From an uncultured Verrucomicrobiae bacterium (lineage in GTDB: Bacteria > Verrucomicrobiota > Verrucomicrobiia > Chthoniobacterales > UBA10450): a DNA stretch of 64,000 nucleotides. A model generated the notes under the pieces. The model saw nothing but the letters and a program-made list of their open reading frames with translations, had not been told where the DNA came from and did not search any database. Below, piece after piece: positions 51,163-60,386 of the stretch; the stretch's first letter is position 1, and the number at the start of each line of letters is the position of its first letter. A program made the translations under genes and the position numbers. The DNA lies in assembly GCA_963726745.1 (NCBI GenBank), contig CAVSDR010000004.1, forward strand, positions 160,001 to 224,000, read 5' to 3'.

Positions 51163-53252
51163 TAACTGACGTTGGAAAAGCTGCGTCCCTGTTCTTCGAC
51201 AATCAATCGGCGGAAACGTTGATTCTCCGGCGCCTCGAGAAATGGGTCCCATTCCATGATCGCGGTGGCCGCGGCGCGCGCGCGCAACATCAACTCGCGA
51301 TCGGTCTGCAAATTTCCCAGCTGCAATCCCGGTAATCCGCTTTGCGCCGTCCCCAGGAGGTCGCCCGGCCCGCGCTGTTCCCAATCCGCTTCCGCGACCT
51401 CGAAGCCGTCGCGCGTGCGCTCCAGCACAGAAAGTTTAGCCAGCGTCTCGGGCGACTTCTCATCGCTCAAGAGAACGCAATAAGACTTGTGCTCGCCGCG
51501 GCCGATGCGCCCGCGCAATTGGTGCAACTGCGCCAGGCCGAAACGCTCCGCATTTTCAATCAGCATGATGGTCGCGTTCGGCACATCCACCCCAACTTCC
51601 ACCACCGTGGTGCTGACTAAAACGCTCGTCTCCCCGCGGCGAAATGCCTCCATCGTCGCCTGCTTTTCCGGCGCCGGGATGCGGCCATGCAGCAACCCGC
51701 AACGAAACGGTCGCAGCCGCTCCTGCCATTGCGCGAACTCCGCCGCCGCCGCCTTCACGTCGAGCTTCTCGCTTTCTTCGATCAGCGGATAGATCACATA
51801 AGCCTGCCGGCCCGCTTCCAGTTCTTTGCGCAGGAAAGCGAGCACCTCGCCCAGCTTCGAGCTCTCGCGCAGCGCGGTTAAAATCTTCCCACGGTTAGAC
51901 GGCATCTCGTCGATCGTGGAAACGTCGAGATCGCCATAGATCGTCATCGTCAAGGTGCGCGGGATCGGCGTGGCCGTCATCACGAGCACGTCCGGCGCCG
52001 GCTCCCGACTCGTTAGCCGCGCCCGCTGAGAGACGCCAAACTTGTGCTGCTCATCGATCACCACCAACCCCAGGCGCGCAAACTCCACCGAATCGTAAAG
52101 CAACGCGTGCGTGCCGATGATGATCTGCGGCTGGTCGGCGCCGACAGCCGATGCCAGATCGCCCGTTTCGCCGCCGAACAACGGCAGCGGCGCGCTCTCT
52201 TCCTTGCGGGTTCCTGTGCGCAGCGCAAGACGGAGGCCGAGCGGCTCGAGCCAACGTCGGAGGACGGCGTAATGCTGCTCGGCGAGAATTTGCGTGGGCG
52301 CCATGAGCGCGGCCTGCGAGCCCGCCTCCACCGCGAGGAGCATGGCCGCGGTCGCGACGACGGTTTTGCCCGAGCCGACGTCGCCCTGCAGCAGCCGGTT
52401 CATCGGCTTGCCGGTGGCGAGGTCGCGCCGCACTTCGTCTAGCACCCGGACCTGCGCAGCAGTGAGTTGAAACGGCAGCGCGGCCAGGAAGCGCTCGAGA
52501 ATTTTGCCAGCACTTTGATGCGCCATGCCCAGCCGTTGCGCGGTGGTCGCGCGACGGGCGGCGATCGCCATTTGCAGCGCAAAGAACTCCGAGAAAACCA
52601 GATGCTCGCGCGCAGCTTTGAGCGAATCCCAGTCGTCCGGAAAATGAATTTGCCCCAAGGCCACGCGTCGCGAACCGGCCGCGTGGTTCCGCGGCAGAAG
52701 CGTCTCCACCTCGCCTTCATCGAGGTGCTCGAGCGCGTGAAAAACCAGCCCGCGGAAAACCCGCTGCGAGAGCCCTTCGGTTGCCGGATAGATCGGCGTG
52801 ATCCGCCCGAAATGGATCGAGATCTCCTCGTCGCTCTCGATCACCTCGAACTCCGGATGCTCCATGCAGAGCCGCTGCCCGCGCAACCGCGGCTTCCCGA
52901 AAACCACCAGCCGCTGGCCGGTGGCGATCATCTTTTGCACGTAGTGCAGGTTGAACCAACGCAGGACCAGCGGCTGGCTGAGCGCATTGGCCTCGTCCTC
53001 CTGCAGCGTCGCCTCGAAGATCTTCTTCCAGCCGCCGAAACGCCGCACCGAGGTCTTCGTCACTTCGCCGCAAATGCAGACCGGCTTCTCGCTCTCGTCG
53101 CGCGGGAAGCCGGGAAACTGCGTCCGGTCCTCGTGCCGCCGCGGGAAATGCGTCAGCAAATTCTCCACCGAGATAATTCCGAGCCGCTTCAACGGCGCGA
53201 GCCGCGGGCGCGGCACCCAGTCGCAGTTCTCGAGCAGGTCGGAGAGTTGCAT
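51162..53252 (-). CDS. recG: ATP-dependent DNA helicase RecG
   Basis: LLQGDVGSGKT, DEQHKFG, TATPIPRT, AERFGLAQLHQLRGR. Confidence 0.97.
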   Translation of the reverse strand: MQLSDLLENCDWVPRPRLAPLKRLGIISVENLLTHFPRRHEDRTQFPGFPRDESEKPVCICGEVTKTSVRRFGGWKKIFEATLQEDEANALSQPLVLRWFNLHYVQKMIATGQRLVVFGKPRLRGQRLCMEHPEFEVIESDEEISIHFGRITPIYPATEGLSQRVFRGLVFHALEHLDEGEVETLLPRNHAAGSRRVALGQIHFPDDWDSLKAAREHLVFSEFFALQMAIAARRATTAQRLGMAHQSAGKILERFLAALPFQLTAAQVRVLDEVRRDLATGKPMNRLLQGDVGSGKTVVATAAMLLAVEAGSQAALMAPTQILAEQHYAVLRRWLEPLGLRLALRTGTRKEESAPLPLFGGETGDLASAVGADQPQIIIGTHALLYDSVEFARLGLVVIDEQHKFGVSQRARLTSREPAPDVLVMTATPIPRTLTMTIYGDLDVSTIDEMPSNRGKILTALRESSKLGEVLAFLRKELEAGRQAYVIYPLIEESEKLDVKAAAAEFAQWQERLRPFRCGLLHGRIPAPEKQATMEAFRRGETSVLVSTTVVEVGVDVPNATIMLIENAERFGLAQLHQLRGRIGRGEHKSYCVLLSDEKSPETLAKLSVLERTRDGFEVAEADWEQRGPGDLLGTAQSGLPGLQLGNLQTDRELMLRARAAATAIMEWDPFLEAPENQRFRRLIVEEQGRSFSNVS

Positions 53253-53255
53253 TCG

Positions 53256-54957
53256 TTAGACCGGCGCGGCCGCGCGCACCGCTTCCACGTGCATTTGCAG
53301 GCGCTTTTCGCCGAGATACTCGTCGATCTCCAAGCGGTAGGCCACGTCCCACGGCGGCGGCGGGAGCGGCGTGCTCGCAGCGCCGAAGAAAATGCCGCGC
53401 GCGCGATGATTCCGCTGGCGCAGGCGCAGCTGGAGATGCTTCTCCTTGACCACGCGCGGCGTCTCTGTCGGCTCGACCGCGCGCGAGAAAAACATCGGCT
53501 GCGGGTTGCCCGCGCCAAACGGCTCCAGCGCTTCGTGCCAGCGCAGGAGGTCGCTGTTTAATTCCGCGAAGGAGAGCTCGTGATCGAGCAGAAGCCGCGG
53601 CTGGAGCGCTTCCTCGCTGAGGAGCGCCCGGGCCGCGGCGCGGAAGTCGTCGGCAAATTTCTCGAACTCCGCCTCCCGAATGGTCAAGCCGGCCGCCATC
53701 TCGTGCCCGCCAAATTTCTCCAGTCGTGCGGCGCAACGCCCGAGCGCCTCGACCAACGAAAGCCCTTCGATGCTCCGCCCGCTCCCCTTTCCCACGCCGT
53801 TCGCGTCGAAGCCGACCAGGATGGTGGGCCGATGGAATTTCCGCGCGAGCCGCGAGGCGACGATCCCGAGCACGCCTGGGTGCCAATCACGCGCACCGAG
53901 CACGATCGCGGCGTCGCGCGCCGGATCGAACTCCTGGGCCACCCGCTCCTCGGCCGCCGCCGCGATCGCCTTCTCCACGCCCTGGCGCTCGCGGTTTTGC
54001 CCATCGAGGAACGCGGAAAGCTCCGTGGCCTCGGCATCGTCTTCCGTGAGCAAAAGCCGGAGCGCTTTCTCCGCGGTGGCGAGCCGGCCGGCGGCATTGA
54101 GCCGCGGCCCGAGACGAAAGCCAATGTCCGCCGCGCACGGCTGCGCGCGCACGCCCGCGACTTCGATCAAGCGGCGCACGCCGAGCCGCGAACTGCGCGC
54201 AATCTGCCGGAGACCATGTTGCACAAAGCACCCGATTCTCGCGCTCCAGCGGAACGATATCGGCCACGGTGCCAAGTGCCACCAGGTCGAGGTGCGCACG
54301 CAGATCGAAGCCGGAGACCGGACGCGTTTTCAGGAGCGCGTGGCAGAGCTTGAAGACCACGCCGACGCTGCAGAGGTAGCGCAGGGCGCAATCCTCCACC
54401 GCCTTCGGATTAACCAGCGCGACGCAAAGAGGCAGCGCGCTCTTTGGTTCGTGGTGATCGAGCACGATCACTTCCACCCCGCGGGTGCGCAGGAGCGCGA
54501 TCTCATCGAGCGAGGACGTCCCGCAATCGACCGCGACCAGGAGCTGCGGTTGATGCTCCGCGCAGCAGCGCTCCACGCTTTCGCGGCTAAGGCCGTAGCC
54601 TTCCTCCATCCGCAGCGGCAGGAAGAGCGCCGGCGTGGCGCCGTAAGCGCGGAGCATGGTCGAGAGCAGCGCGAGCGAAGTGACGCCATCGACATCGTAG
54701 TCGCCGAAAAGAACGATGCGCTCCCCGCGATCGATCGCCTCGAGGATCCGCGCGACCGCGAGCTGCATTTGCGGCAAGAGAAAGGGATCGCCTAACGAAC
54801 GCAGACGCGGCGCGAGAAAAGCGTTCACTTCGTCGGCGCAGGCAAAACCTTTGCGCCGCAGAAGCGCGGCGATGCAGGGCAAGCCGCAGAGTTCGGCCCA
54901 GGGAATGGCCCCAAGCTCCTCCGCTTTTGCCTCGTGAATGACCCAGCGCCGCTCCAT
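53256..54957 (-). CDS. recJ: ssDNA exonuclease RecJ (apparent +1 frameshift near 54226)
   Basis: GDYDVDG, VDCG, DHH, GTVAD in 53887..54957; PRLNAAGR, GSGRS, GGH.MAAG, PFG.GNP in 53256..54299. Confidence 0.94.
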
Positions 54958-54963
54958 CGCGCG

Positions 54964-55824
54964 CTACTGTAGCATCTGCGCGAGCGTCTGTGCGTTGAAG
55001 GGTGCGTGGACCTTGGCGTCGTTATCGAAATAGAGAAAAACCTCGCGCGCCCACCGCCGGATTCGCCGGGCCCAGGCGCGCAGTTCCGCATCCGAGTATC
55101 CGCTCACATAGAGCTGCTCCGCGCCATGCAGACGCACGTAGACGAAGTCCGCGGTTACCTCCTCGGCATAGGGAAATTTGCCGGCGGTATCGGCGACCAC
55201 GAAGGCGATCCCGAACTCGCGGAGAAGCGCGAAGAACTCCGGCACAAGAAAGGTCGGGTGCCGGATCTCAACTGCGTAGCGCAGCGGCCGGGAGCGATCG
55301 GTCTCCGCATGGACGCCGTGCTTCAGCTTGTCGTCGTGCAAGCGCGCGAGCTGCGCGGCTTCGGCGGTGGTTTTAGGCAGCAACTTGAAGAACTCGCGGA
55401 AGCGCGCGGGATTCCAGCCGAAGTTCGGCGGGAACTGCCAGAGGATGGGCCCGAGTTTCTCGCGCAGCGCGAGCACGCCCGAGCCGAAGAAATTAGCCAG
55501 CGGGATCTCGACCTCGCGCAGCTTCTTCATGTGGGTGATGAAGCGCGCGCCCTTGACCGCGAAGACGAATCCGGGCGGCGTCTGCGCATACCAGCTCGCG
55601 TAGCTCGACGGTCGTTGGAGCGAGTAAAAGGAGCCGTTAATCTCGATGCTGTTGAACTGGCGGCTGGCGTATTCCAGCTCGCGCTTTTGCGTGAGGTCTT
55701 GCGGGTAAAAGACGCCGCGCCACGGCGCGTAAGTCCAGCCGGAGATGCCGATGCGCGGTGGCTTCTTCAGACGAGCGGCAGCGGGCCGTCGTTTCCCGGA
55801 GGGAGCAGTGCGTGGCGTTGGCAT
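54964..55824 (-). CDS. DUF72 (YecE/YunF-like) protein
   Basis: IGISGW.Y..W...FYP, EINGSFY, LWQFPP, VEIRH, YVRLHG, YFDND. Start uncertain; may overlap the end of mqnA. Confidence 0.9.
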   Translation of the reverse strand: MPTPRTAPSGKRRPAAARLKKPPRIGISGWTYAPWRGVFYPQDLTQKRELEYASRQFNSIEINGSFYSLQRPSSYASWYAQTPPGFVFAVKGARFITHMKKLREVEIPLANFFGSGVLALREKLGPILWQFPPNFGWNPARFREFFKLLPKTTAEAAQLARLHDDKLKHGVHAETDRSRPLRYAVEIRHPTFLVPEFFALLREFGIAFVVADTAGKFPYAEEVTADFVYVRLHGAEQLYVSGYSDAELRAWARRIRRWAREVFLYFDNDAKVHAPFNAQTLAQMLQ

Positions 55825-56523
55825 AACTGGCGAAACTTGAGCAAGCCTTCCTGCTCGCGCGGGCCGAAGCCGAAGCGCAGGCAATCGTTGAAGTAGAATC
55901 GCAGAAAGTCGGGCGAGTAGTTTTCCTCCGCCGCGATCAATTGCTCGAGGCCTGCGAGATTCGCATCGCGCCGCGCGCGCAGCTGCTCGGCGATCGCCTT
56001 GCCTTCGCCCACCTCGGGGCGCACCAGCCAAAGCGCGAAGACGAACGGCAGGCCGGTCATTTCCTTCCACCATTGCCCGAGGTCGCGGTAGTGGAATCCG
56101 TCGCCATGCTCCTCGCGGAAGCGGATCGCCTGGTCGCCAATCAGGAGGCGCGCGGAGTCGTTAGCCGACGAGATCAGGCGCGGCGAAAGACCGGACTCGG
56201 CGAGGAGGCAGCGGAGGAGATTGACCGAGGTCAACGAAGCCGGGTCGAGCGCGATCTCGCCGGATTTCCTCGAGCGGCGCGCGGTGCGCCAGGACCACGC
56301 TGTAAACCGGGCCATCGGAACCCACGGCGACGCCTTCGACGATCCGATAGATCGGATGCTGCAGCAGCTCGAAGCTGGAAACGAAAGCGATGTCTAATTC
56401 TCCCGCAGCCAGCCGGCGGCAAAGGGCCGAGGGCGTGTCGAATTCAACCGGACCGGGCCAGCCGGCAATGAGCGGTCGGGAGTTGAGATATTGGACGCAG
56501 CCAATCCGCCGGTCGGCGCTCAC
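55767..56523 (-). CDS. mqnA: Chorismate dehydratase, futalosine pathway (apparent +1 frameshift near 56263)
   Basis: IG.VQYLN..PL and G.V.SV, then S.TS..L, LLIGD.A, DLG..W...TGLPFVFALW. Confidence 0.9.
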
Positions 56524-57662
56524 GCGCAGACCAGCTCGGCCTCGGCCGGGGGCTGCGCAGCGCGGGCCTTACCTAGGTGATGGTAATAGCTGTCGCGCTG
56601 CATCGGTTCGCGGCCAGCTTCGCGAATGGCGTTCTCGAGCATCTCGACGGTTAATTCCTGGGGCGTCTTCGCGCCCGCCATGTGAAAGATTTTCTCTTCC
56701 ATGATCGTGCCGTGGAGATCGTCGACCCCGTAGCCTAACGAGACCTGCGCCAGCGGCAGGCCCATGGAAACCCAGTAAGCGGTGAGGTGGTCGAAATTAT
56801 CCAGGTAGATGCGGCTGACCGCGAGATTGCGCAGTTGCTCGACGCCGGTGGCGCGCGGGATATGCGCGAGGATTTCGGTCTGCGGCTCGAAGGCGAATGG
56901 AACAAAACCAGTGAAGCCGCCGGTCTCGTCCTGCAGCTCGCGGAGTTGCCGCAAGTGATCGACCCGCTGCGCAAGCGTTTCGATATGGCCGTAAAGCATG
57001 GTCGCGGTGCTGCGCCCGCCCATTTGGTGCCAGGTGCGATGAACCTCCAGCCATTCCTCGGCGCTTTCCTTTCCGCGGCAGATTTCATCGCGCACCGCGG
57101 CGTCGAAAATCTCCGCGCCGCCGCCGGTGAGCGCGCCCAGGCCGGCATCGCGCAGCGTCGCCAAAGTGTCGGCAATCGAAAGCTTGAAGACGCGCTCGGC
57201 CAGATGGCGAATCTCGATCGCGGTGAACGCTTTCAGGATCAATCCGGGATCGAGCGCGCGCAGGCGCGTGAGCAATTCCAGATACCACTCCTTCTTCAAC
57301 GACGGATGCAGCCCGCCGACCATGTGCACTTCGGTAATGCCGAGTCGGAGAGCGTCCTGCACGGCGACCACAATCTCATCGATCGCGAGCTCGAAGGCGT
57401 GCGGGTCGCGCTTGCGCGCGGCGAAGGCGCAGAATTGGCAGGAGAGGATGCAGACGTTCGAATAATTGATGTAGCGATTGAGAATGTAGGTCGCGAAGTT
57501 GCCGTTCTTCCGTTCGCGGACGGCACTTGCCATGATCCCCAGGGCATTCAAGTCTTGCGCCTGGTAGAGCGCCAGCGCATCGGCCTCGGTGATGCGCTCG
57601 GCCGCCTCCACCTTCTCGGCGATGCGTCGGAGTGCGGGCGGAATGAGGGAAAAATTCATCAA
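56520..57662 (-). CDS. mqnE: Aminodeoxyfutalosine synthase (radical SAM)
   Basis: CILSCQFC, GGLHP, KAFTAIEI, GGGAEIF, TMLYGHIE, AYW, EKIFHMAGA. Confidence 0.9.
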   Translation of the reverse strand: MMNFSLIPPALRRIAEKVEAAERITEADALALYQAQDLNALGIMASAVRERKNGNFATYILNRYINYSNVCILSCQFCAFAARKRDPHAFELAIDEIVVAVQDALRLGITEVHMVGGLHPSLKKEWYLELLTRLRALDPGLILKAFTAIEIRHLAERVFKLSIADTLATLRDAGLGALTGGGAEIFDAAVRDEICRGKESAEEWLEVHRTWHQMGGRSTATMLYGHIETLAQRVDHLRQLRELQDETGGFTGFVPFAFEPQTEILAHIPRATGVEQLRNLAVSRIYLDNFDHLTAYWVSMGLPLAQVSLGYGVDDLHGTIMEEKIFHMAGAKTPQELTVEMLENAIREAGREPMQRDSYYHHLGKARAAQPPAEAELVCA

Positions 57663-57812
57663 GAAAGAGTGCGAAAATTAAGCGCTGAATGATGCACGCG
57701 CCCCTCAGCCAGCGCAACCAAAACGCCCCTGCGCGGGCTCTTTCCGCGCGACCATTTGCCAGAAGCCGGGTTCAAACGGCAGGACCGCGCGGGCGCAGTC
57801 CGTTAAATCTGC

Positions 57813-58418
57813 ATGATCTCGCCTGACCGACCGGCCAACGAGCCGACTGCGCCCGACGCAGAAGACGTCCGATGGATGGGCGCGATCAAAGCCGGCGACA
57901 TGGCCGCCTTTGAACGGTTGGTGGAGAAACACCAGACGCTCGTGGTGGGCACGGTCGCGCGCATGCTCGGGAATCCCTCGGACGCGGAAGACATCGCGCA
58001 GCAGGTCTTCGTGCGCGTGTGGAAAAGCGCCGGCCGCTACGAGGCGCGGGCGAAGTTCACCACCTGGCTGCTGAAGATCACGCGCAACCTCGTCTTTAAC
58101 GAGCTGCGTCGGCGGAAGCGCCACCCGGCCACGGCGCTGCAGGGAGCGAACGAAGGCGAAGAGCTACAGGTGAAAGATCCGCAGGGGCAGACGCCGCGGG
58201 ATTCACTCCTGGAGGGAGAGTTGCAGCAGGCGATCGAAGCGGCGATCGCCGACCTGCCGGAGACGCAGCGGATGGCGGTGGTGCTGCGGCGTTACGAGGA
58301 ATTGAGCTACGAGGAAATAGCCGACGTTTTGGAGCAATCGGTCTCCGCAGTGAAGAGCCTGCTCTTTCGCGCGCGCACGCAATTGCGCGAGACACTTGCG
58401 CGATACCTCGCCGAGTAA
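57813..58418 (+). CDS. ECF-type sigma-70 factor
   Basis: AEDIAQQVF, FTTWL..I.RN, LSYEEIA..L...VSAVKS.LFRAR. Confidence 0.93.
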   Translation: MISPDRPANEPTAPDAEDVRWMGAIKAGDMAAFERLVEKHQTLVVGTVARMLGNPSDAEDIAQQVFVRVWKSAGRYEARAKFTTWLLKITRNLVFNELRRRKRHPATALQGANEGEELQVKDPQGQTPRDSLLEGELQQAIEAAIADLPETQRMAVVLRRYEELSYEEIADVLEQSVSAVKSLLFRARTQLRETLARYLAE

Positions 58419-58420
58419 CC

Positions 58421-58457
58421 AAAAAAAGAGACGGGCTCTCTTGCGAGAACCCGCCTC
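58421..58457 (-). terminator. Intrinsic terminator of the secretin gene
   Basis: Minus strand reads GAGGCGGGTTCTC-GCAA-GAGAGCCCGTCTC-TTTTTTT; the stem is complete once G-U pairs are allowed. Confidence 0.85.
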
Positions 58458-58478
58458 CTCAACCCCACAATTTGCTGC

Positions 58479-60261
58479 CTAGTATTCGCGGTCTTTCGCG
58501 TCGGCCATGAAGCGCATCCGGCTCGCACCCTCGGTCTTCACCGGCGCCGGCGGCGTGCCCGGCTTTGGGTAGTCGGCCACGACTTGCCGCTGCGCGGTAG
58601 GAACCAGTCGCACCGCGCCCTTGGCGTTGTTCCGCCAGCCGTTCGGATCGGCAAATTCTTCGCCGCTGTGACGCAGCCCGCTCACCTGGTCCTCGAGACC
58701 GGTGCCGTAATTTTGATCAATGATCGTCGGGGTGACGAAGACCAGGAGGTTGCGCTTGGTGCGCGCATTCAGGCGTTCCTGGAAGAAGTAGCCGAGCACC
58801 GGGACGTCGCCGAGCACCGGGACCTTGCTGCGGGCCTTGGTCACTTCGTCCTGGAGCAAGCCGCCGATCGCGAGGGTGTCGCCGCTGCGGATGAGGACGT
58901 TCGAGTCGAGGCTGCGGGTGTCGATCACCGGGCTGGCCACGGTCGCGCCGGCGAAGACGAAGGTGGCATCGGCAACCTTGTTACTGATCTCCGGTTTCAC
59001 CTGCAGGGTGATGAAGTTGTCCTTGTTCACCGATGGGCGGACGACCAGCGTGTTGCCGTATTTTTTGTCCTGGAAGCCACCGAAGACGGCGGTCGCGGTT
59101 TGCTCGTTGAAGTTGAGCTGCGGCACCGGCTGGTTTCGGATGATCTCGATTTTAGCCTGCTGATTGTCGGCGGTGACGATGCGCGGGATTCGCGAGGAAC
59201 TCAGCATCGGCATCTTCATTCAAGGCGCGCATGGTCACGGACATCTGCGGCACCGTCAGGATGGCGAACTGGCCGGTCGCGATCTGGGAGAGGCTGTTGC
59301 CGATGTGGCTGAAGGCGTTGTTGGTTTTGCCGCCAAGCGCGAAGTCAGTCGTGGGGATGTTCGTGCTCGTGGGGCTGGAGGAAGCGGCGTTCGTCTGGCC
59401 GTAACCGAAGGTCTTGCCGCCGGCAGCACTGCCGACCACGCCGGCCCAGTTGATCCCGTAGCTTTGGCGCGGGTTCGCGGTCACTTCCACGAGGCGGGCC
59501 TCGATCATGACTTGCTTGGTCGGCTTGTCGATTTGCACCAGGAGCTTGCGGATGACGTCGATGTTGCTGCGGGTCTCGCGGTAGAACATCGTGTTCGTGC
59601 GCTCGTCGACCTGCGGGGCGTCCTTGCTCTGGAGCTGGGCGGCCACGAGCGGCGCGGTGTCTTTCGCGCGGCTGTAGCTGAACTGGTAGCTGTCGCTTTC
59701 GGTCGGCTCCGCAGTGCGCTCGGCCGCGGTCTTGATGTAGTAAACGTTGTCGATCTTGTCCATGAACAGGCCCTTGGCCTTGACGATGATCGCGATCGCC
59801 TGGAGCGCAGTCACATCCTCGAGGCGCATGGTTACGGTGGTGTTCGGCGGGATCTGGTCGCTTACGACCATGTTAATCTTCGATTGCCGGGCGAGCAGGC
59901 GCAGGACCTGGCCGACATCGTCGCCTTGGAACTCACGCACGCCGGCGTTGCCGGAATCAGCCGAGGCCTCCGCGGAGGAATCGGCGCTGACCGCGGCGGG
60001 CGCGGCGGTGACTGGCCGGGTGGCGCTCGGGGCTGGCGGAGTGGCCGCCTGCACGAGCATCATGTTGGAGTCGGAAGTTGCGCTGGAGAGAGCGGCGGCG
60101 TTCGCCGCTTTCGCGCTCGCAACCGGGGCAACAACCGTTTCTGGCGCCACCACTACGGGGCTGTCGAGCGGCGCAGGCGAACTGAGCTGCGCTTGAGAAA
60201 CGGACATTGCTCCGAGCAAAGCCGCCGCTCCGCAGACGATGTGGTTAAGACGAGTGGACAT
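58479..60261 (-). CDS. PilQ-like secretin (apparent +1 frameshift near 59186)
   Basis: Start MSTRLNH with signal peptide; STN/N domains, DERTN, QVMIEARLVE, GINW, then PRIVT.DN, IGGL...KVPVLGDVPVLG..F...LLVFVTP. Confidence 0.88.
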
Positions 60262-60298
60262 AGATTTAAGTAGGAGATTGATGACTGCGAATGCTTTT

Positions 60299-60316
60299 AA
60301 GCAGAAAGCAGACCAG
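60299..60316 (-). promoter_or_regulatory. Possible sigma-54 promoter of the secretin gene
   Basis: Minus strand CTGGTCTGCTTTCTGCTT, GG-N10-GC, about 40 nt upstream of the ATG. Confidence 0.4.
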
Positions 60317-60386
60317 CCCGGAAAAAGGCCGCGTTTAATCTTCCACCGGGCCTCCTCCTCCCGGGAAACGGCGATGAAGTTGCCGG

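Larger units (their letters stand above)
5676..56741. repeat. Dispersed short repeat family GNCTAACGA(G) / (C)TCGTTAGNC, 38 exact 7-mer cores
   Basis: Hand count. CTAACGA at 5676, 6943, 11153, 12247, 15854, 18207, 19044, 20063, 20809, 21535, 22745, 23339, 28603, 30502, 33163, 40088, 40099, 42687, 46218, 46903, 49609, 54792, 56735. TCGTTAG at 7426, 12855, 14721, 17777, 18740, 25763, 36259, 36775, 38869, 41928, 44927, 48248, 52010, 53253, 56158. Confidence 0.85.

Noticed and set aside
5676..56741. Stop-codon reassignment suggested by frequent TAA/TAG-containing motifs
   Set aside because: Inside genes the TAA/TAG is always out of frame or on the other strand; in-frame cases fall at expected protein ends such as L20, L33, CarA and Rpe.
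5676..56741. CRISPR array, REP elements or IS ends as the source of the repeat
   Set aside because: Copies are only 7-10 nt, irregularly spaced, mostly intragenic and non-palindromic, and the window has no cas or transposase genes.
7257..59190. Programmed ribosomal frameshifting or phase variation in the split genes
   Set aside because: No shared slippery heptamer, long homopolymer or stimulatory structure; the genes are unrelated housekeeping genes; a uniform one-base insertion pattern fits sequencing error.
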